NCBI GenBank assembly: GCA_963728125.1
Contig: CAVSIZ010000017.1
Location: forward strand, 15,923-79,922
Direction of reading: 5' to 3'
DNA from: an uncultured Actinomycetota bacterium
GTDB taxonomy: Bacteria > Actinomycetota > Actinomycetes > CAWDCV01
DNA length: 64,000 nt
Shown here piece by piece: positions 47,257 to 58,204 of the stretch; the first letter of the stretch is position 1, and every line of letters begins with the position of its first letter. Both the position numbers and the translations under genes were made by a program. The notes below the pieces were generated by a model. The model searched no databases. It saw only the letters and a list, made by a program, of their open reading frames with translations, and had not been told where the DNA came from.

Positions 47257-49077
47257 TCAGCTCTGCCCCGCATCATCACTGGCGAGTCGATCCTCTTCCT
47301 CGGCCACGATGGACGGATCGAGCTTGCGGAACAGCGGCGTCGGCGGTTGCAGCTTCGCCCCGACCTTGAGCGGCACCGACGCCCAGCGAGCATCCGTGTC
47401 GTAGTCGCCGGTGAGGACCGAGTAGCTCGGAGATCCGGCAGCCGTGGGCTCGTCGACGTCGACCAGCTCGGGCATCCCTGACCAGCGACCGGTGCCGCCG
47501 AGCATCGAGTAGACCTTCTCGGACGACGTCGGCAGGAACGGCGTCAGCAGCGTCTTGCAGTCGTCGACAACCTGCAGTACCACGTGCAGCACTGTGGCGT
47601 ACCGCTCGGGATCCGACTCTCGCAGCTTCCATGGTGCTTGGTCCGAGAGATACTTGTTCGCCTCAGCAACGACACGCATCGCCTCGGTGATGGCAGCTTT
47701 TTGGCGCGACCGCTCAATGAGGCCGCCGACGTTGTCGAATGCTGCGCTCGAGGCAGCGAGCAGCTTGCGGTCGGCATCAGTGAGGTCGATCGCCGGCGGG
47801 ATCTCGCCAAGGTTCTTCGCGGCCATCGAGACTGACCGGTTGACAAGATTGCCCCAACCCGCAACGAGTTCGTCGTTATTACGACGTAGGAACTCCGCCC
47901 ACGTGAAGTTGACGTCAGACGTTTCCGGACCCGCGATCGCCAGGTAGTAGCGCAGCGCATCGGCGTCGTACCGCGCCAGGAAATCGCGGACGTAGACAGC
48001 GACGGACCGTGACGAGGAGAACTTCTGCCCCTCCATGGTGAGGTACTCGCTCGACACCACGTCGTACGGCAGCTCGAGCGCACCGAGATCGCCGGGACGT
48101 CCACCGCGGTCACCGCGGCCGGAGTAGCCGAGCAGCATCGCCGGCCAGATTTCGGCGTGAAAGACGATGTTGTCCTTGCCCATGAAGTAGTAGGACTGCG
48201 CATCGCCAGGTGTCTCCGGCTGCCACCACGCACGCCAGGCCTCGGGATCGCCGCTGCGCTGCGCCCACTCCATGGACGCCGACAAGTAGCCAACGACGGC
48301 ATCGAACCAGACGTAGAGACGCTTGTCCGGACGGTCGCGCCATCCCTCGAGTGGAACGGGGACGCCCCAGTCGAGGTCGCGCGTGATGGCGCGCGGCTTG
48401 AGGTCGTCCAGCAGGTTGAGTGAGAACTTCAGCACGTTGGGGCGCCACTGCGACTGCTGCTGCAGCCAACTGCCCAGTGCCTCGGTGAATGCCGGCAGGT
48501 CGAGGAAGTAGTGCTCCGACTCGACGAACTGTGGCGTCTCACCGTTGATGCGGCTGCGCGGATTGATGAGGTCGATCGGGTCCAGCTGGTTTCCGCAGTT
48601 GTCGCACTGGTCGCCGCGCGCCTCCGGGTAGCCACAGATCGGGCAAGTGCCCTCGATGTAGCGGTCCGGCAGCGTCCGACCGGTGGACGGTGAGATCGCA
48701 CCGAGCGTCGTACGCGGGAACACGTAGCCGTTGTCGAGCAGCCCGAGGAAGATGTCCTGCGAGGCGGCGTAGTGGTTTCGCGTCGTCGTGCGGGTGAACA
48801 GGTCGTACGACAGCCCGAGGTCGCGCAGGTCCTCGGCGATGAGGCGGTTGTAGTGGTCGGCCACGTCGCGCGGACTCTGACCGGCCCGATCGGCGGCCAC
48901 GAGGATCGGCGTACCGTGCTCGTCGGTTCCGCTCACCATGAGCACCCGCTTGCCAGCCATCCGCTGATAGCGGCTGAACACGTCGGACGGCACGCCGAAA
49001 CCGGCGACGTGACCGATGTGACGTGGGCCACTGGCGTACGGCCAAGCGACCGCGGTGAGCACGTGACGGGCAGACAT
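47257..49077 (-). CDS. metG: methionine--tRNA ligase
   Basis: HIGH-type motif [14 protein letters not shown]. Zinc knuckle [23 protein letters not shown]-like FSSSRS. Confidence 0.9.
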   Translation of the reverse strand: MSARHVLTAVAWPYASGPRHIGHVAGFGVPSDVFSRYQRMAGKRVLMVSGTDEHGTPILVAADRAGQSPRDVADHYNRLIAEDLRDLGLSYDLFTRTTTRNHYAASQDIFLGLLDNGYVFPRTTLGAISPSTGRTLPDRYIEGTCPICGYPEARGDQCDNCGNQLDPIDLINPRSRINGETPQFVESEHYFLDLPAFTEALGSWLQQQSQWRPNVLKFSLNLLDDLKPRAITRDLDWGVPVPLEGWRDRPDKRLYVWFDAVVGYLSASMEWAQRSGDPEAWRAWWQPETPGDAQSYYFMGKDNIVFHAEIWPAMLLGYSGRGDRGGRPGDLGALELPYDVVSSEYLTMEGQKFSSSRSVAVYVRDFLARYDADALRYYLAIAGPETSDVNFTWAEFLRRNNDELVAGWGNLVNRSVSMAAKNLGEIPPAIDLTDADRKLLAASSAAFDNVGGLIERSRQKAAITEAMRVVAEANKYLSDQAPWKLRESDPERYATVLHVVLQVVDDCKTLLTPFLPTSSEKVYSMLGGTGRWSGMPELVDVDEPTAAGSPSYSVLTGDYDTDARWASVPLKVGAKLQPPTPLFRKLDPSIVAEEEDRLASDDAGQS

Positions 49078-49185
49078 GTCTTAAATCCTAGGTAAAGCCT
49101 GCATAGGACACGCTCGCCCGGGTTTGACGCTGCTCATGTCCGGTTGGTTACCCTCCCGACCCATGTTCCACGGGATCACTAGGTA

Positions 49186-50028
49186 GTGGGACGACATGCA
49201 CGGGGGCCTGTCGTCGTCGAATCGCCCGTTCGGGCAGCAACAGCTCGTGATCGAAGGAGAACACACGCTCGTCGTAAGCAACGTCGCGGGGCTACGCCCG
49301 TTGCGGCTGTCATAGTCGCTGCCGGCGCCGGACTCGGCGTCGTCGGACAGCCCGTCCTCAGTGCCGCGAAGACCGCAACCGACCCCGAGACCACCGCATC
49401 TGCCACACCTTCGCGCACCTCTACTCCCACTCCGTCGGCGACGCCGACGCCACCCCCCGTGGAGGCCGCGCCGGCAACGCCGGCCGTACCGCCGCCACCG
49501 GTGGAGATGACGCCGAGTCCAGAGGAGCTCGCTGCCATCGCCGCTCGGGAAGCCGAAGCGGAACGCGCTGCGCGGGAAGCCGAGCGAGCAGCCCTTCTTC
49601 CCGGCTGCGAGGCGTCACCCGACGCCACCGAGGATTACGCCAACGGTCGCATCCCGGAGAGCGCGCTGTGCGCGCTGCCGAGTGGTGACCTGCTTCGTGC
49701 GGATGCAGCGTTCGCGTTCGCCTCGATGAACGCGGCGTTCAACGAGGCGTTCGGCGAGGACATCTGCGTCGGCAATACGTACCGCAGCTACTCCGAGCAG
49801 GTTTCTCTCCACAGCCAGAAGCCGAGCATGACCGCGGAGCCGGGCACGAGCAACCATGGCTGGGGCACCGCGGTTGATCTGTGCGGTGACGGCGCCAGCT
49901 TCGGCACGAGCGTCTACAAGTGGCTCATCGCGAACGGCCCCGACTACGGCTGGGACAACCCCGATTGGGCGCGCGCCGGCGGCAGTCGTCCCGAGCCGTG
50001 GCACTGGGAGTTCGAAGGCGCCAGCTAG
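49186..50028 (+). CDS. membrane-anchored M15 family peptidase (D-alanyl-D-alanine carboxypeptidase, VanY-like)
   Basis: Basic N-terminus and a TM segment. Pro/Thr-rich linker. Catalytic motifs SYSEQ, SNHGWGTAVD and EPWHWEF. Confidence 0.7.
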   Translation: MGRHARGPVVVESPVRAATARDRRRTHARRKQRRGATPVAAVIVAAGAGLGVVGQPVLSAAKTATDPETTASATPSRTSTPTPSATPTPPPVEAAPATPAVPPPPVEMTPSPEELAAIAAREAEAERAAREAERAALLPGCEASPDATEDYANGRIPESALCALPSGDLLRADAAFAFASMNAAFNEAFGEDICVGNTYRSYSEQVSLHSQKPSMTAEPGTSNHGWGTAVDLCGDGASFGTSVYKWLIANGPDYGWDNPDWARAGGSRPEPWHWEFEGAS

Positions 50029-50119
50029 TCACGTCGCCTCGCGCACCCTCCCAAGTTGTCCGAACGTCCTCGCGTCCGCACGCGGTCGGCGGTCGGACAA
50101 GTCGCGGGGAGGCCGCCGC

Positions 50120-50962
50120 TCACGAGCGCTTGGCGGCGAGCACGGCGTCATAGACGCGACGCTTGGGGACACCGGCACCGAGGGCAACCGCGGCGATCGC
50201 CGCCTTGCGTGGTTCACCGGCTCGTTCCCGATCCGCGACGTGTCGGGCGAGTTCGTCCTCGGTCACGACCACCTGCGAGACAGGTGCGCCCTCGACGACG
50301 ACGGTGATCTCTCCGCGCACCCCGTCGCGGGCCCACTCAGCGAGCTCCGCGAGCGTTCCCCGCCGTACCTCCTCGTGGGTTTTGGTCAGCTCTCGGCACA
50401 CGGCAACCCGCCGCTCACCCCCGAACGCCTCGGCGAGGGCCGTCAGCGACGCCGAAAGCCGGTGGGGCGCCTCGAACAGCACGATCGTCCGCTCGTCGCC
50501 TGACAGCGCGCTCAACCGCGCCGCCCGCTCCCCGGCCTTGCGAGGCAGGAAGCCCTCGAAGCAGAACCTGTCGACCGGCAGGCCTGAGACGGCAAGTGCG
50601 GTGAGCACGGCCGACGGGCCGGGTACGGCCGTGACCCGGATCCCGTCGGCGACGGCCGCCGCTACGAGTCGGTACCCGGGATCGGACACCGTTGGCATGC
50701 CCGCATCGGTGACCACGACGACGCGCTGCCCAGAGCGCAGGGCGTCGAGCAGCGACTCGGTACGCGCGGCCTCGTTGGCGTCGTAGTACGAGACGACCCG
50801 CCCGCGAAGCGTCACGTCCAAGGCCTGGAGCAGCCAGCGCAGGCGCCGGGTGTCTTCCGCCGCCACCACATCCGCGGCCTCCAGCTCCTCGCGAAGGCGT
50901 GGGGACGCGTCCGACACATCTCCGATCGGCGTGGCCGCAAGCACGAGAACGCCGGCATCCAT
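50120..50962 (-). CDS. rsmI: 16S rRNA (cytidine1402-2'-O)-methyltransferase
   Basis: Tetrapyrrole-methylase fold: LVLAATPIGDVSDASPR and AEDTRRLRWLLQ. Start ambiguous between 50962 and 50998; the ORF track extends to 51190. Confidence 0.8.
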   Translation of the reverse strand: MDAGVLVLAATPIGDVSDASPRLREELEAADVVAAEDTRRLRWLLQALDVTLRGRVVSYYDANEAARTESLLDALRSGQRVVVVTDAGMPTVSDPGYRLVAAAVADGIRVTAVPGPSAVLTALAVSGLPVDRFCFEGFLPRKAGERAARLSALSGDERTIVLFEAPHRLSASLTALAEAFGGERRVAVCRELTKTHEEVRRGTLAELAEWARDGVRGEITVVVEGAPVSQVVVTEDELARHVADRERAGEPRKAAIAAVALGAGVPKRRVYDAVLAAKRS

Positions 50963-51004
50963 GTCGCCATCTTCGCGGCTCAGGACGGCACCTAGCATGG
51001 CCGG

Positions 51005-52585
51005 GTGGCGACGGCCGAGCTCGCGCGCACGGACGACGACGCGTCCGGCGAGATGTCGGCGTCGCCGCCAGCGGAGATCGATCCACGACAGCGACTGCGT
51101 GATCGGCTGGTTCCCCCCATGCCGGCGACCGCCTGGGGCTGGACCGGACCGATCCTGGTCACCGCCATCGCCGGTGTGCTGCGCTTCCACCGGCTCGGGA
51201 TTCCCCGTGCGTTCGTCTTCGACGAGACCTATTACGCCAAGGACGCCTGGTCACTGCTGCAGTACGGACACGAGCGGAACTGGCGGCCGGCCGACGAGGC
51301 GGACGCACTCGTCGTCGATGGCGTGCTCCAGGACGTGTGGGGCGAGGGACCGGCGTACGTCGTACATCCACCATTCGGCAAGTGGATGATCGCGGCGGGC
51401 GAGTGGGTGTTCGGTTTGACGCCGTTCGGCTGGCGTTTCATCGTCGCGCTGCTTGGCACGCTGTCGGTGCTGATGGTGGCCCGCATTGCCCGTCGCATGT
51501 TCCGCTCGACGCTGCTCGGGTGCATCGCCGGTCTGCTCCTCGCTCTCGAGGGGCTGCACTACGTCGTCTCGCGCACCGCTCTGCTCGACGGCGTCCTCAT
51601 GTTCTGGGTACTCGCCGCGTTCGGCTGTCTCATCGTCGACCGTGACCGGGCCCGCTCACTGCTCGCGGCCGGACGGATGAACCTCGGCTTGCGGCCGTGG
51701 CGAATTGCCGCCGGCCTGTGCCTTGGCGCGGCATGCGCAACGAAGTGGAGCGGTCTCTACTACGTCGCCGCATTCGGGCTGCTCACGGTGCTGTGGGACG
51801 TTGGCGCGCGACGCTCGGCGGGAGCGCAGCATCCGTGGAACGCCATGCTGCGACGGGATGCGATACCCGCCTTTGTCTCGATCGTCGTCGTCACCGTCGT
51901 GACGTACCTCGTCTCGTGGATCGGCTGGTTCGCCACCGGCGACGGCTGGGATCGGCAGTGGGCAGCCGGCAGGGAGTCCGCTTGGGCGTTCGTGCCCGGC
52001 CCGCTGCGCAGCCTCTGGCACTACCACGCCACGATGCTCGATTTCCACACCGGTCTCGACTCCGAGCATCCGTACGACTCGGATGCCTGGGGCTGGCTGC
52101 TCATGATGCGGCCGGTGTCGTTCTTCTACTCGACGATCGATCGAGGCGAGCTCGGTTGCACAGCGGATCAGTGCTCTCGCGAGGTCCTCGGACTCGGTTC
52201 GCCGCCGCTGTGGTGGGCCGGCGCAGCGTCGCTTCTCGTGCTCGTGTGGCTATGGATCGGGCGCCGCGACTGGCGCGCCGGAGCCATTTTGTGTGCGGTC
52301 GCGGCGGGCTACCTGCCCTGGTTCCTGTACGACGAGCGCACGATTTTCTCCTTCTACGCCGTCGTTTTCTCGCCGTTCATCGTGCTAGCGGTCACGATGG
52401 TCCTGGGTGTCGTCCTCGGCCCTGTCGGTGCATCCGCCACCCGTCGTAGGAATGGCGCTGTCATCGCCGGCGCGTACGTGCTCGTCGTCGTCGCTTCCTT
52501 TGCGTACTTCTATCCGGTGTACGCCGCACGCGTAATGCCCTACGCCGACTGGATCCAGCACATGTGGCTGCGCAGCTGGATCTGA
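51005..52585 (+). CDS. pmt: dolichyl/polyprenyl-phosphate-mannose--protein mannosyltransferase (GT39)
   Basis: Motif FVFDETYYAKDAWSLL. Multiple TM helices. Confidence 0.85.
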   Translation: MATAELARTDDDASGEMSASPPAEIDPRQRLRDRLVPPMPATAWGWTGPILVTAIAGVLRFHRLGIPRAFVFDETYYAKDAWSLLQYGHERNWRPADEADALVVDGVLQDVWGEGPAYVVHPPFGKWMIAAGEWVFGLTPFGWRFIVALLGTLSVLMVARIARRMFRSTLLGCIAGLLLALEGLHYVVSRTALLDGVLMFWVLAAFGCLIVDRDRARSLLAAGRMNLGLRPWRIAAGLCLGAACATKWSGLYYVAAFGLLTVLWDVGARRSAGAQHPWNAMLRRDAIPAFVSIVVVTVVTYLVSWIGWFATGDGWDRQWAAGRESAWAFVPGPLRSLWHYHATMLDFHTGLDSEHPYDSDAWGWLLMMRPVSFFYSTIDRGELGCTADQCSREVLGLGSPPLWWAGAASLLVLVWLWIGRRDWRAGAILCAVAAGYLPWFLYDERTIFSFYAVVFSPFIVLAVTMVLGVVLGPVGASATRRRNGAVIAGAYVLVVVASFAYFYPVYAARVMPYADWIQHMWLRSWI

Positions 52586-52594
52586 CACAGACGT

Positions 52595-53806
52595 CTAGCC
52601 GGGTGAACCGTCCTGGAAGACAGCCAGCGTTCCGCCGTACGTCGCGACCCAGATCTGCCGCGTCTCTGCGTCGTGCGTGATGCCGATCGGGTGGTAGCCC
52701 ACGCCTTCGGTCTGCAGCACCGCCATGTCGCTCGTGCGCACTTTCGCCACGGTGCTCGAGTTGTAGTTGACGACGTAGAGCGACTCACCATCGTCGGCGA
52801 TGGCCATGCTGCGCGGGGCAGACCCGGTGCTGACGCGGCTGACGACTGTGGCAGTCGGAATGTCGACCTTGGCCACCTGCCCGTCGCGGTTCAGCGTCAC
52901 GTAGAGCTGCGTGCCGTCGGGCGAGATGTTGAGGTGGCGCGGCCCGCCACCGACGCCCTCGATTGCGCCGACCTCGAACGTCGTGAGGTCAACCGTCGCA
53001 ACAGACGTGCCACCCATGACGGCGACGTACGCGACGCGCGAGTCGGGTGACACAGCTAGACCACGTGGATAAGCACCGATCGGTATGCGCTGAATCTCAG
53101 CGCCACCTGCAGCATCAATGATGCTGAGGTCGTACGTGCACCAGTTCGTGACCAGAATGCGCTTGTTGTCCGGCGTGACCGCTACGAACTTCGGCACCGC
53201 ACCGACGCGGATCACCTGGTCGATTTGCAGCGTGGATGTGTTGATGCGGTAGACGAAGCTGTCGGGATAGTTCGATGCCGGCGAGCAGCTGTCCGCTCCC
53301 TCGCGGAAACCCGGACCGTACATCGAGTAGTTCGAGACGTACGCGTAGCGGCCATCGGAGGTGAATGCTGCCTCGACAGGTGCACCTTGGAACTCGCCCT
53401 GGAACTCTGCGTGACCGAAGTTCGACAGCACCACCGTGTCGGGAATGGTGGCGACGAGCTGGAACGAGCGGTCGTACACCGTCACCGTGTGCCGGTACAT
53501 CATGTTCTGCGCGAAGAAGAGTCCCTTGCCGGATGCGACGACCGACTTCGGCGAGATGTCGCCGCCAATCTCCGCGACCTGCACCATCCGCCCCTCCGAC
53601 GACGGCGGGCGAGGTGGCGGGCTCGGGGTGACCTGCGGCGGCTCAGGCGTGGGGGTGATGGGCGCGGTGCTCGGGGGCGCCGGTGCGGCGGTGTCCGCTG
53701 GCGTCGGCGGAGCTTCTGCTCCACTGGCACACGCGGTCAGCAGCGCCGCGGCAGCGACACCACTCGCGAGCAACTGACAACGACGAGCCGTGCTCTGCGA
53801 CGCCAC
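52595..53806 (-). CDS. lipoprotein with YVTN-type beta-propeller repeats
   Basis: Signal peptide plus lipobox LLTAC. Pro-rich linker. Repeated YV.N / SPDG motifs. Confidence 0.6.
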   Translation of the reverse strand: MASQSTARRCQLLASGVAAAALLTACASGAEAPPTPADTAAPAPPSTAPITPTPEPPQVTPSPPPRPPSSEGRMVQVAEIGGDISPKSVVASGKGLFFAQNMMYRHTVTVYDRSFQLVATIPDTVVLSNFGHAEFQGEFQGAPVEAAFTSDGRYAYVSNYSMYGPGFREGADSCSPASNYPDSFVYRINTSTLQIDQVIRVGAVPKFVAVTPDNKRILVTNWCTYDLSIIDAAGGAEIQRIPIGAYPRGLAVSPDSRVAYVAVMGGTSVATVDLTTFEVGAIEGVGGGPRHLNISPDGTQLYVTLNRDGQVAKVDIPTATVVSRVSTGSAPRSMAIADDGESLYVVNYNSSTVAKVRTSDMAVLQTEGVGYHPIGITHDAETRQIWVATYGGTLAVFQDGSPG

Positions 53807-53886
53807 CTGACCCCCTTCAGTCGCTCACACGGTAGCCGCTGCACGCCGATCGACAATTCATACGAACGATCGTGCTATTGTGCGCT

Positions 53887-54475
53887 CATGAGCAGGGGCG
53901 CCATGACCCGAGACGCCATCCTGCACCATGGCGTCGAGGTGGCTTACCGCGTCGGGCTCGGCGGGCTGTCCATCGGCAGCCTGGCCGCCGGCACCGGTAT
54001 GTCGAAGAGCGGATTGTTCGCCCATTTCGGCTCCAAGGAGTCGCTGCAGCTCGAGGTGCTCGACCGCGCTCGCACCGAATTCACCGACGCCGTCATCCGT
54101 CCCGCACTCGCTGCGCCGCGCGGGGAGCCGCGCGTCCGCGCCCTGTTCGAGCACTGGATGATCAGTGGCCGGGTGCGCATGCCGGGGGGATGCCTTTTCG
54201 TCAAGGCAGCAACGGAATTCGACGAGCAGGCCGGACCGGTACGCGACCAGCTGGTTCGCGGTCACCGCGACCTCCAGGACGCAATCGCGCAGATGTTCCG
54301 TACGGGCATCAGTGAAGGACACTTCCGGGCGGACGCTGATCCCGAACAATTCGCGAGCGACCTCAACGGCGTGATGCTCGCGTTCTACCAGGCCAACCGG
54401 CTGCTCTCGGACCCGACGGCTGAGACCCGCGCCCGGACGGCTGTCGACGCGCTGCTGCGCGCAGCGCGCGCCTGA
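53887..54475 (+). CDS. TetR family transcriptional regulator
   Basis: HTH region LSIGSLAAGTGMSKSGLFAHFGSKESL. Embedded in a longer spurious ORF that begins at 53225. Confidence 0.75.
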
Positions 54476-54493
54476 CCTACCCAAGGAGCCGAG

Positions 54494-55393
54494 ATGGCAA
54501 CATCGACACACTCGTTAAATAGCACGATCGTTCGTTCTCACTTCTCCGCGCCGCGGTCGGTGCGCACGGCGTTCTCTGTCCTGGAACACATCGCGCCGTC
54601 GCTCGGAGCTCGATGGGCTACGCGGCTGTGGTGCACCGTTCCGACGGCACTCCGAAATGGACAGCGCTCGCGCATCGACGGTCCCGCCGGTACGGGATCG
54701 CTCGGTGCGGTCGACTTGCCCGGTGAAGGGTCGGTCGTAACGGAGAGCTGGGGAGTCGGTCCTGCGGTTTACCTCGTCCATGGTTGGGGTGGGTGGCGCG
54801 GCCAGCTCGGCTCATTCGTCGACCCGCTCGTCTCGCGTGGCTATCGCGCGATCGCGTTCGACATGCCCAGCCATGGCGACTCTGCCCCCGGCGCATTGGG
54901 ACCGCGGCAATCCCACCTGGCCGAGTTCGCCGACACCCTGACTGCGGTCATCGCCCACTACGGACCGCCAGCGGGAGTCGTCGGGCATTCGCTGGGCTGC
55001 GCCGCAACGGCGGTTGCGGTTCGCGACGGTGTGTCGGTGCCTCGGCTCGCGTTCGTTTCCCCGACCGTGCAGCCGATCTCCATGACGTCCGCCATGGCGG
55101 AGGGGTTCGGTTTCGGAACGCGGACCCACACGCGGATGATCCGCCGGCTCGAATCGCTCGTCGGTCGGCCGATGTCGGACTTCGATCTGCTGGCCATGGC
55201 GGACGAGGTGCCGATGCCACGAACGCTTGTCGTCCACGACCGCGGTGACCGTGACGTCCCCTACGAAGACGCCGATCTGCTGGTTGCGACGTGGCCGCAG
55301 GCCGACCTCGTCTCCACGTCAGGTCTCGGACATCGCCGCATCCTTCGCGACTCCGACGTCGTGGAACTGGTCGCCGGCTTCGTCGCCCCCTGA
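54494..55393 (+). CDS. alpha/beta hydrolase
   Basis: Oxyanion region LVHGWGG. Ser nucleophile elbow GHSLG. Confidence 0.75.
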   Translation: MATSTHSLNSTIVRSHFSAPRSVRTAFSVLEHIAPSLGARWATRLWCTVPTALRNGQRSRIDGPAGTGSLGAVDLPGEGSVVTESWGVGPAVYLVHGWGGWRGQLGSFVDPLVSRGYRAIAFDMPSHGDSAPGALGPRQSHLAEFADTLTAVIAHYGPPAGVVGHSLGCAATAVAVRDGVSVPRLAFVSPTVQPISMTSAMAEGFGFGTRTHTRMIRRLESLVGRPMSDFDLLAMADEVPMPRTLVVHDRGDRDVPYEDADLLVATWPQADLVSTSGLGHRRILRDSDVVELVAGFVAP

Positions 55394-55643
55394 TCAGGCG
55401 GCCGGCCACGCTCGGCGCTTCCCGCCGAGGACCCCGCACCTCACCCCCCATCAGCTGGTTCCCCGGGCACACCCGCACCGGCGTGTCGCGTGCCGGCGGA
55501 ACCAGTCGACGTCCCCGGGGCTGGCGCCTCCCCGGAAGTAGAACGCGGGACGCTGGATCGTCGCGCGCTGCTAGCGCCGGTACGGGCCTATCCGGGCGCT
55601 ATGCCGGCGGCGCGTGTCACCGGACTCCTCGAGCGAAACCGGA

Positions 55644-56090
55644 TCAGCGAGTGACAAGGACCGGGCAGGGTGCGTGATGCAGCACCCGGTAAGCGACGCT
55701 GCCCAGCAGGATCGCCTCTACCGCGCCCTTGCCGCTACCGCCGATCACGATGAGGTCGACATCGAGCTCATTGGCGGCGCGAACGATCTCCTGGGCTGGC
55801 GTGCCAGCCCGGACGAACGACTGCACCTTCGCCGAGGTCTCGTTGAACACCTCCGAGATCCGATCCACGGCCTCCTGAGCCGCTGCCCGGAAGGAGACCT
55901 CGGTCGGCTCTAGATCGCGAGCTGCTTGATCCTCCTCACCGAAGTCGCTGGCGAAGGGGACGGCGGCAAGCGGCCGGATCACTGCCACCACGCTGACCTG
56001 CTCGAGCCCGGAGCCGAGCAGGGAGGCCACGTAGCGCGCTGCTTTGAGCGACTGCCCGGAGCCGTCGGTGGCGACAAGGACGTGGGTCAT
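55644..56090 (-). CDS. universal stress protein (UspA family)
   Basis: N-terminus HVLVATDGSGQS. C-terminal GGSGKGAVEAILLGSVAYRVLHHAPCPVLV. Embedded in a longer ORF in the six-frame track. Confidence 0.75.
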   Translation of the reverse strand: MTHVLVATDGSGQSLKAARYVASLLGSGLEQVSVVAVIRPLAAVPFASDFGEEDQAARDLEPTEVSFRAAAQEAVDRISEVFNETSAKVQSFVRAGTPAQEIVRAANELDVDLIVIGGSGKGAVEAILLGSVAYRVLHHAPCPVLVTR

Positions 56091-56116
56091 GACTGCCTCC
56101 TGAATAGCGGTCGCCG

Positions 56117-57542
56117 TCAGCGTCCGAGGGTTTCCGACGGGTCCAGCCTGCGCTGGGAGATGTTGTTCACGATGTAGAGCACCAGCCCGATCGCGAGGAG
56201 CAGGCCACACACGACCGTGGTGCTCTGCAGCGGCTCCAGGTCGCCCCGGGCCAGATCCTGGATGTCGGTGACGAGCACGTAGGCCAGCAGCGCCAGGTTC
56301 ACCACGATCCCGATCCCTAGCACCGCCGTGGGCGCTCGGTAGTGCTCGTGATCGACCGGCGTCGCGGCGCAGGACCAGGCCACTGAGGCACACCATGGCG
56401 AACACCGCCAAGAGGAACGCCACCGTGGCGTTCGCGAATGTGTTGACGCCGCCCTCCCCGACGATGACGATCAGCGCCAAGACGACGAGCGTGGTGCCGA
56501 CGATTGCCACCCACGGCGTCCGGCGCGACTGGTGGGTGCGCGAGAAGATCCGCGGGACGACATGTTCGCGACCCATGCCGTACATGATTCGCGACATCGT
56601 GATCGACTGGACCAGGCACGTGTTGGCGATCGCGATGCAGGCGATGATCGCGAACAGCCACGACGGGAAAGCCGGCAACCCAGTGCGCACCACCTCGAGC
56701 AGCGCCACATCGGAGTCGGCGAGGCGGTCGGTCGGAGTCACGATGGAGGCAAGGAAGGAGATCACCAGGTAGATCACACCCGCGGTCACCATGCCGCCCA
56801 GCAGCGAGCGCGGGAAGACCCGGGACGGGTTCTGCACCTCCTCGGCGACGTTCGCCGAGTTCTCGAACCCCGACATGGCGAAGAACGCGAGGACGGCGCC
56901 GGTCAGCGCGAGCAGCGCCGGGTTTCCGTCGTCGTTGAACTCGAAGGGCCGACTGAAGTCGGGGTCCCCTCCTCCGAGGATCACGTACAGGCAGATGACC
57001 AGGACGATCACCAGGCCGGTCACTTCGGTGAGCGTCATGGCGATGTTGGCCTTGACCGACTCGTTGATGCCTCTGAAGTTGATGTACGCCAGCAGGATCG
57101 AGAAGACGAGGGCGGTGATGAGCACGGGGATGGCGACTACCGGCTCCAGCAGCTCGACGAAGTAACCACTGAACGCCAGTGCTAGCGCCCCCCCGGCTGA
57201 CAGGCTGGCAGCGACCATGGCGAAGGTCACGAGGAACGTGATGGTGCGGTTGTGGAAAGCGCGGTGCGCGAAGGTCGACGCGCCGCCGGCCCGGGGGTAC
57301 TTCGTAATCAACTCCGCGTACGCCAACCCAGTGAGCATCGCCGCCGCGACGCCGATCGCGAACGAGGTCCAGAAAGCCCCGCCCACCTGCAGGGCCATCA
57401 CCCCGACCAGCGCATAGATGCCCGAACCCAGGACGTCACCGAGGACATAGAAGTACAGGCCCCTGCCGGTGATGGCGCGATTGAGCTCTTCGGACTGGTG
57501 CGCGGTCTTTTCTGCGATCGACTCGCGGTGGGTGTCAGCCAT
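56117..57542 (-). CDS. APC-family amino-acid permease, apparent frameshift near 56350
   Basis: Twelve TM-helix pattern starting MADTHRESIAEK. The last helices and the C-terminus (...AVLGIGIVVNLALLAYVL...LLLAIGLVLYIVNNISQRRLD) are in a different frame, represented by ORF 56117-56383. Confidence 0.6.
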
Positions 57543-57759
57543 GTCGCCTCGATCCTTCGCCGTGAACCCCGGTAGGTGGGCAACCTCGTGACGGTCCAGC
57601 CTGCTGCCGATGCTTCCTCGGGGCAAGTCCCGGGGTCGGTCTGAGCGACAGGCACGAGCGGACGACGCCGCGAACTGCATGGCGCCGGCGGCACGGCCGC
57701 GTCATTGCACGTCGGCGGCCCATCCGGTTACGCCGACGACGCGGAGTACCAGCACCTTG

Positions 57760-58065
57760 AAGATGCCGCCCCTGCTGCTGGCAAAGGATTCGGACGAGGC
57801 GTTCGTGGACCGGGCGGAGGACACCTACGAGAGCGCTCTCGATGAGGCGATGGCCGACCTGCCGTCGGGGATCGAGGCGACTGCGCAGATCCTGCCCGGG
57901 TCACCCGTCGATGTCCTCGCGGAACTCGACGATGACGACGTCGATCTGCTGGTGTGTGGCTCGCGCGGCTACGGACCGGTGCGCCACGTCCTCCTCGGCG
58001 GCGTGTCGTCGCGGCTGGTCAGGCGGGCGGCGAGCCCGGTGCTGGTCGTACCGCGCAGCGACTGA
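57760..58065 (+). CDS. universal-stress-protein-like C-terminal half domain (possibly truncated or frameshifted)
   Basis: Only the C-terminal USP consensus is present: DVDLLVCGSRGYGPVRHVLLGGVSSRLVRRAASPVLVV. Confidence 0.35.
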   Translation, partial: KMPPLLLAKDSDEAFVDRAEDTYESALDEAMADLPSGIEATAQILPGSPVDVLAELDDDDVDLLVCGSRGYGPVRHVLLGGVSSRLVRRAASPVLVVPRSD

Positions 58066-58204
58066 GCAAGTGGCTCAACTGGCCTGATCGCGCAGGTGGG
58101 CGACGAAGTCCGCCAGGCTGGCGCCGAGACCCGCGGACGCCTCCGCGGACAGCAGTCCGGCAGGCAGCAGCCGCAGCGTGCCGCCCACCGGCGGAAGTGC
58201 GGTG

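Noticed and set aside
57610-58065. Full-length second universal stress protein
   Set aside because: Only the C-terminal half of the USP fold is recognisable. The upstream part of the ORF is low-complexity. Reported only as a low-confidence fragment.
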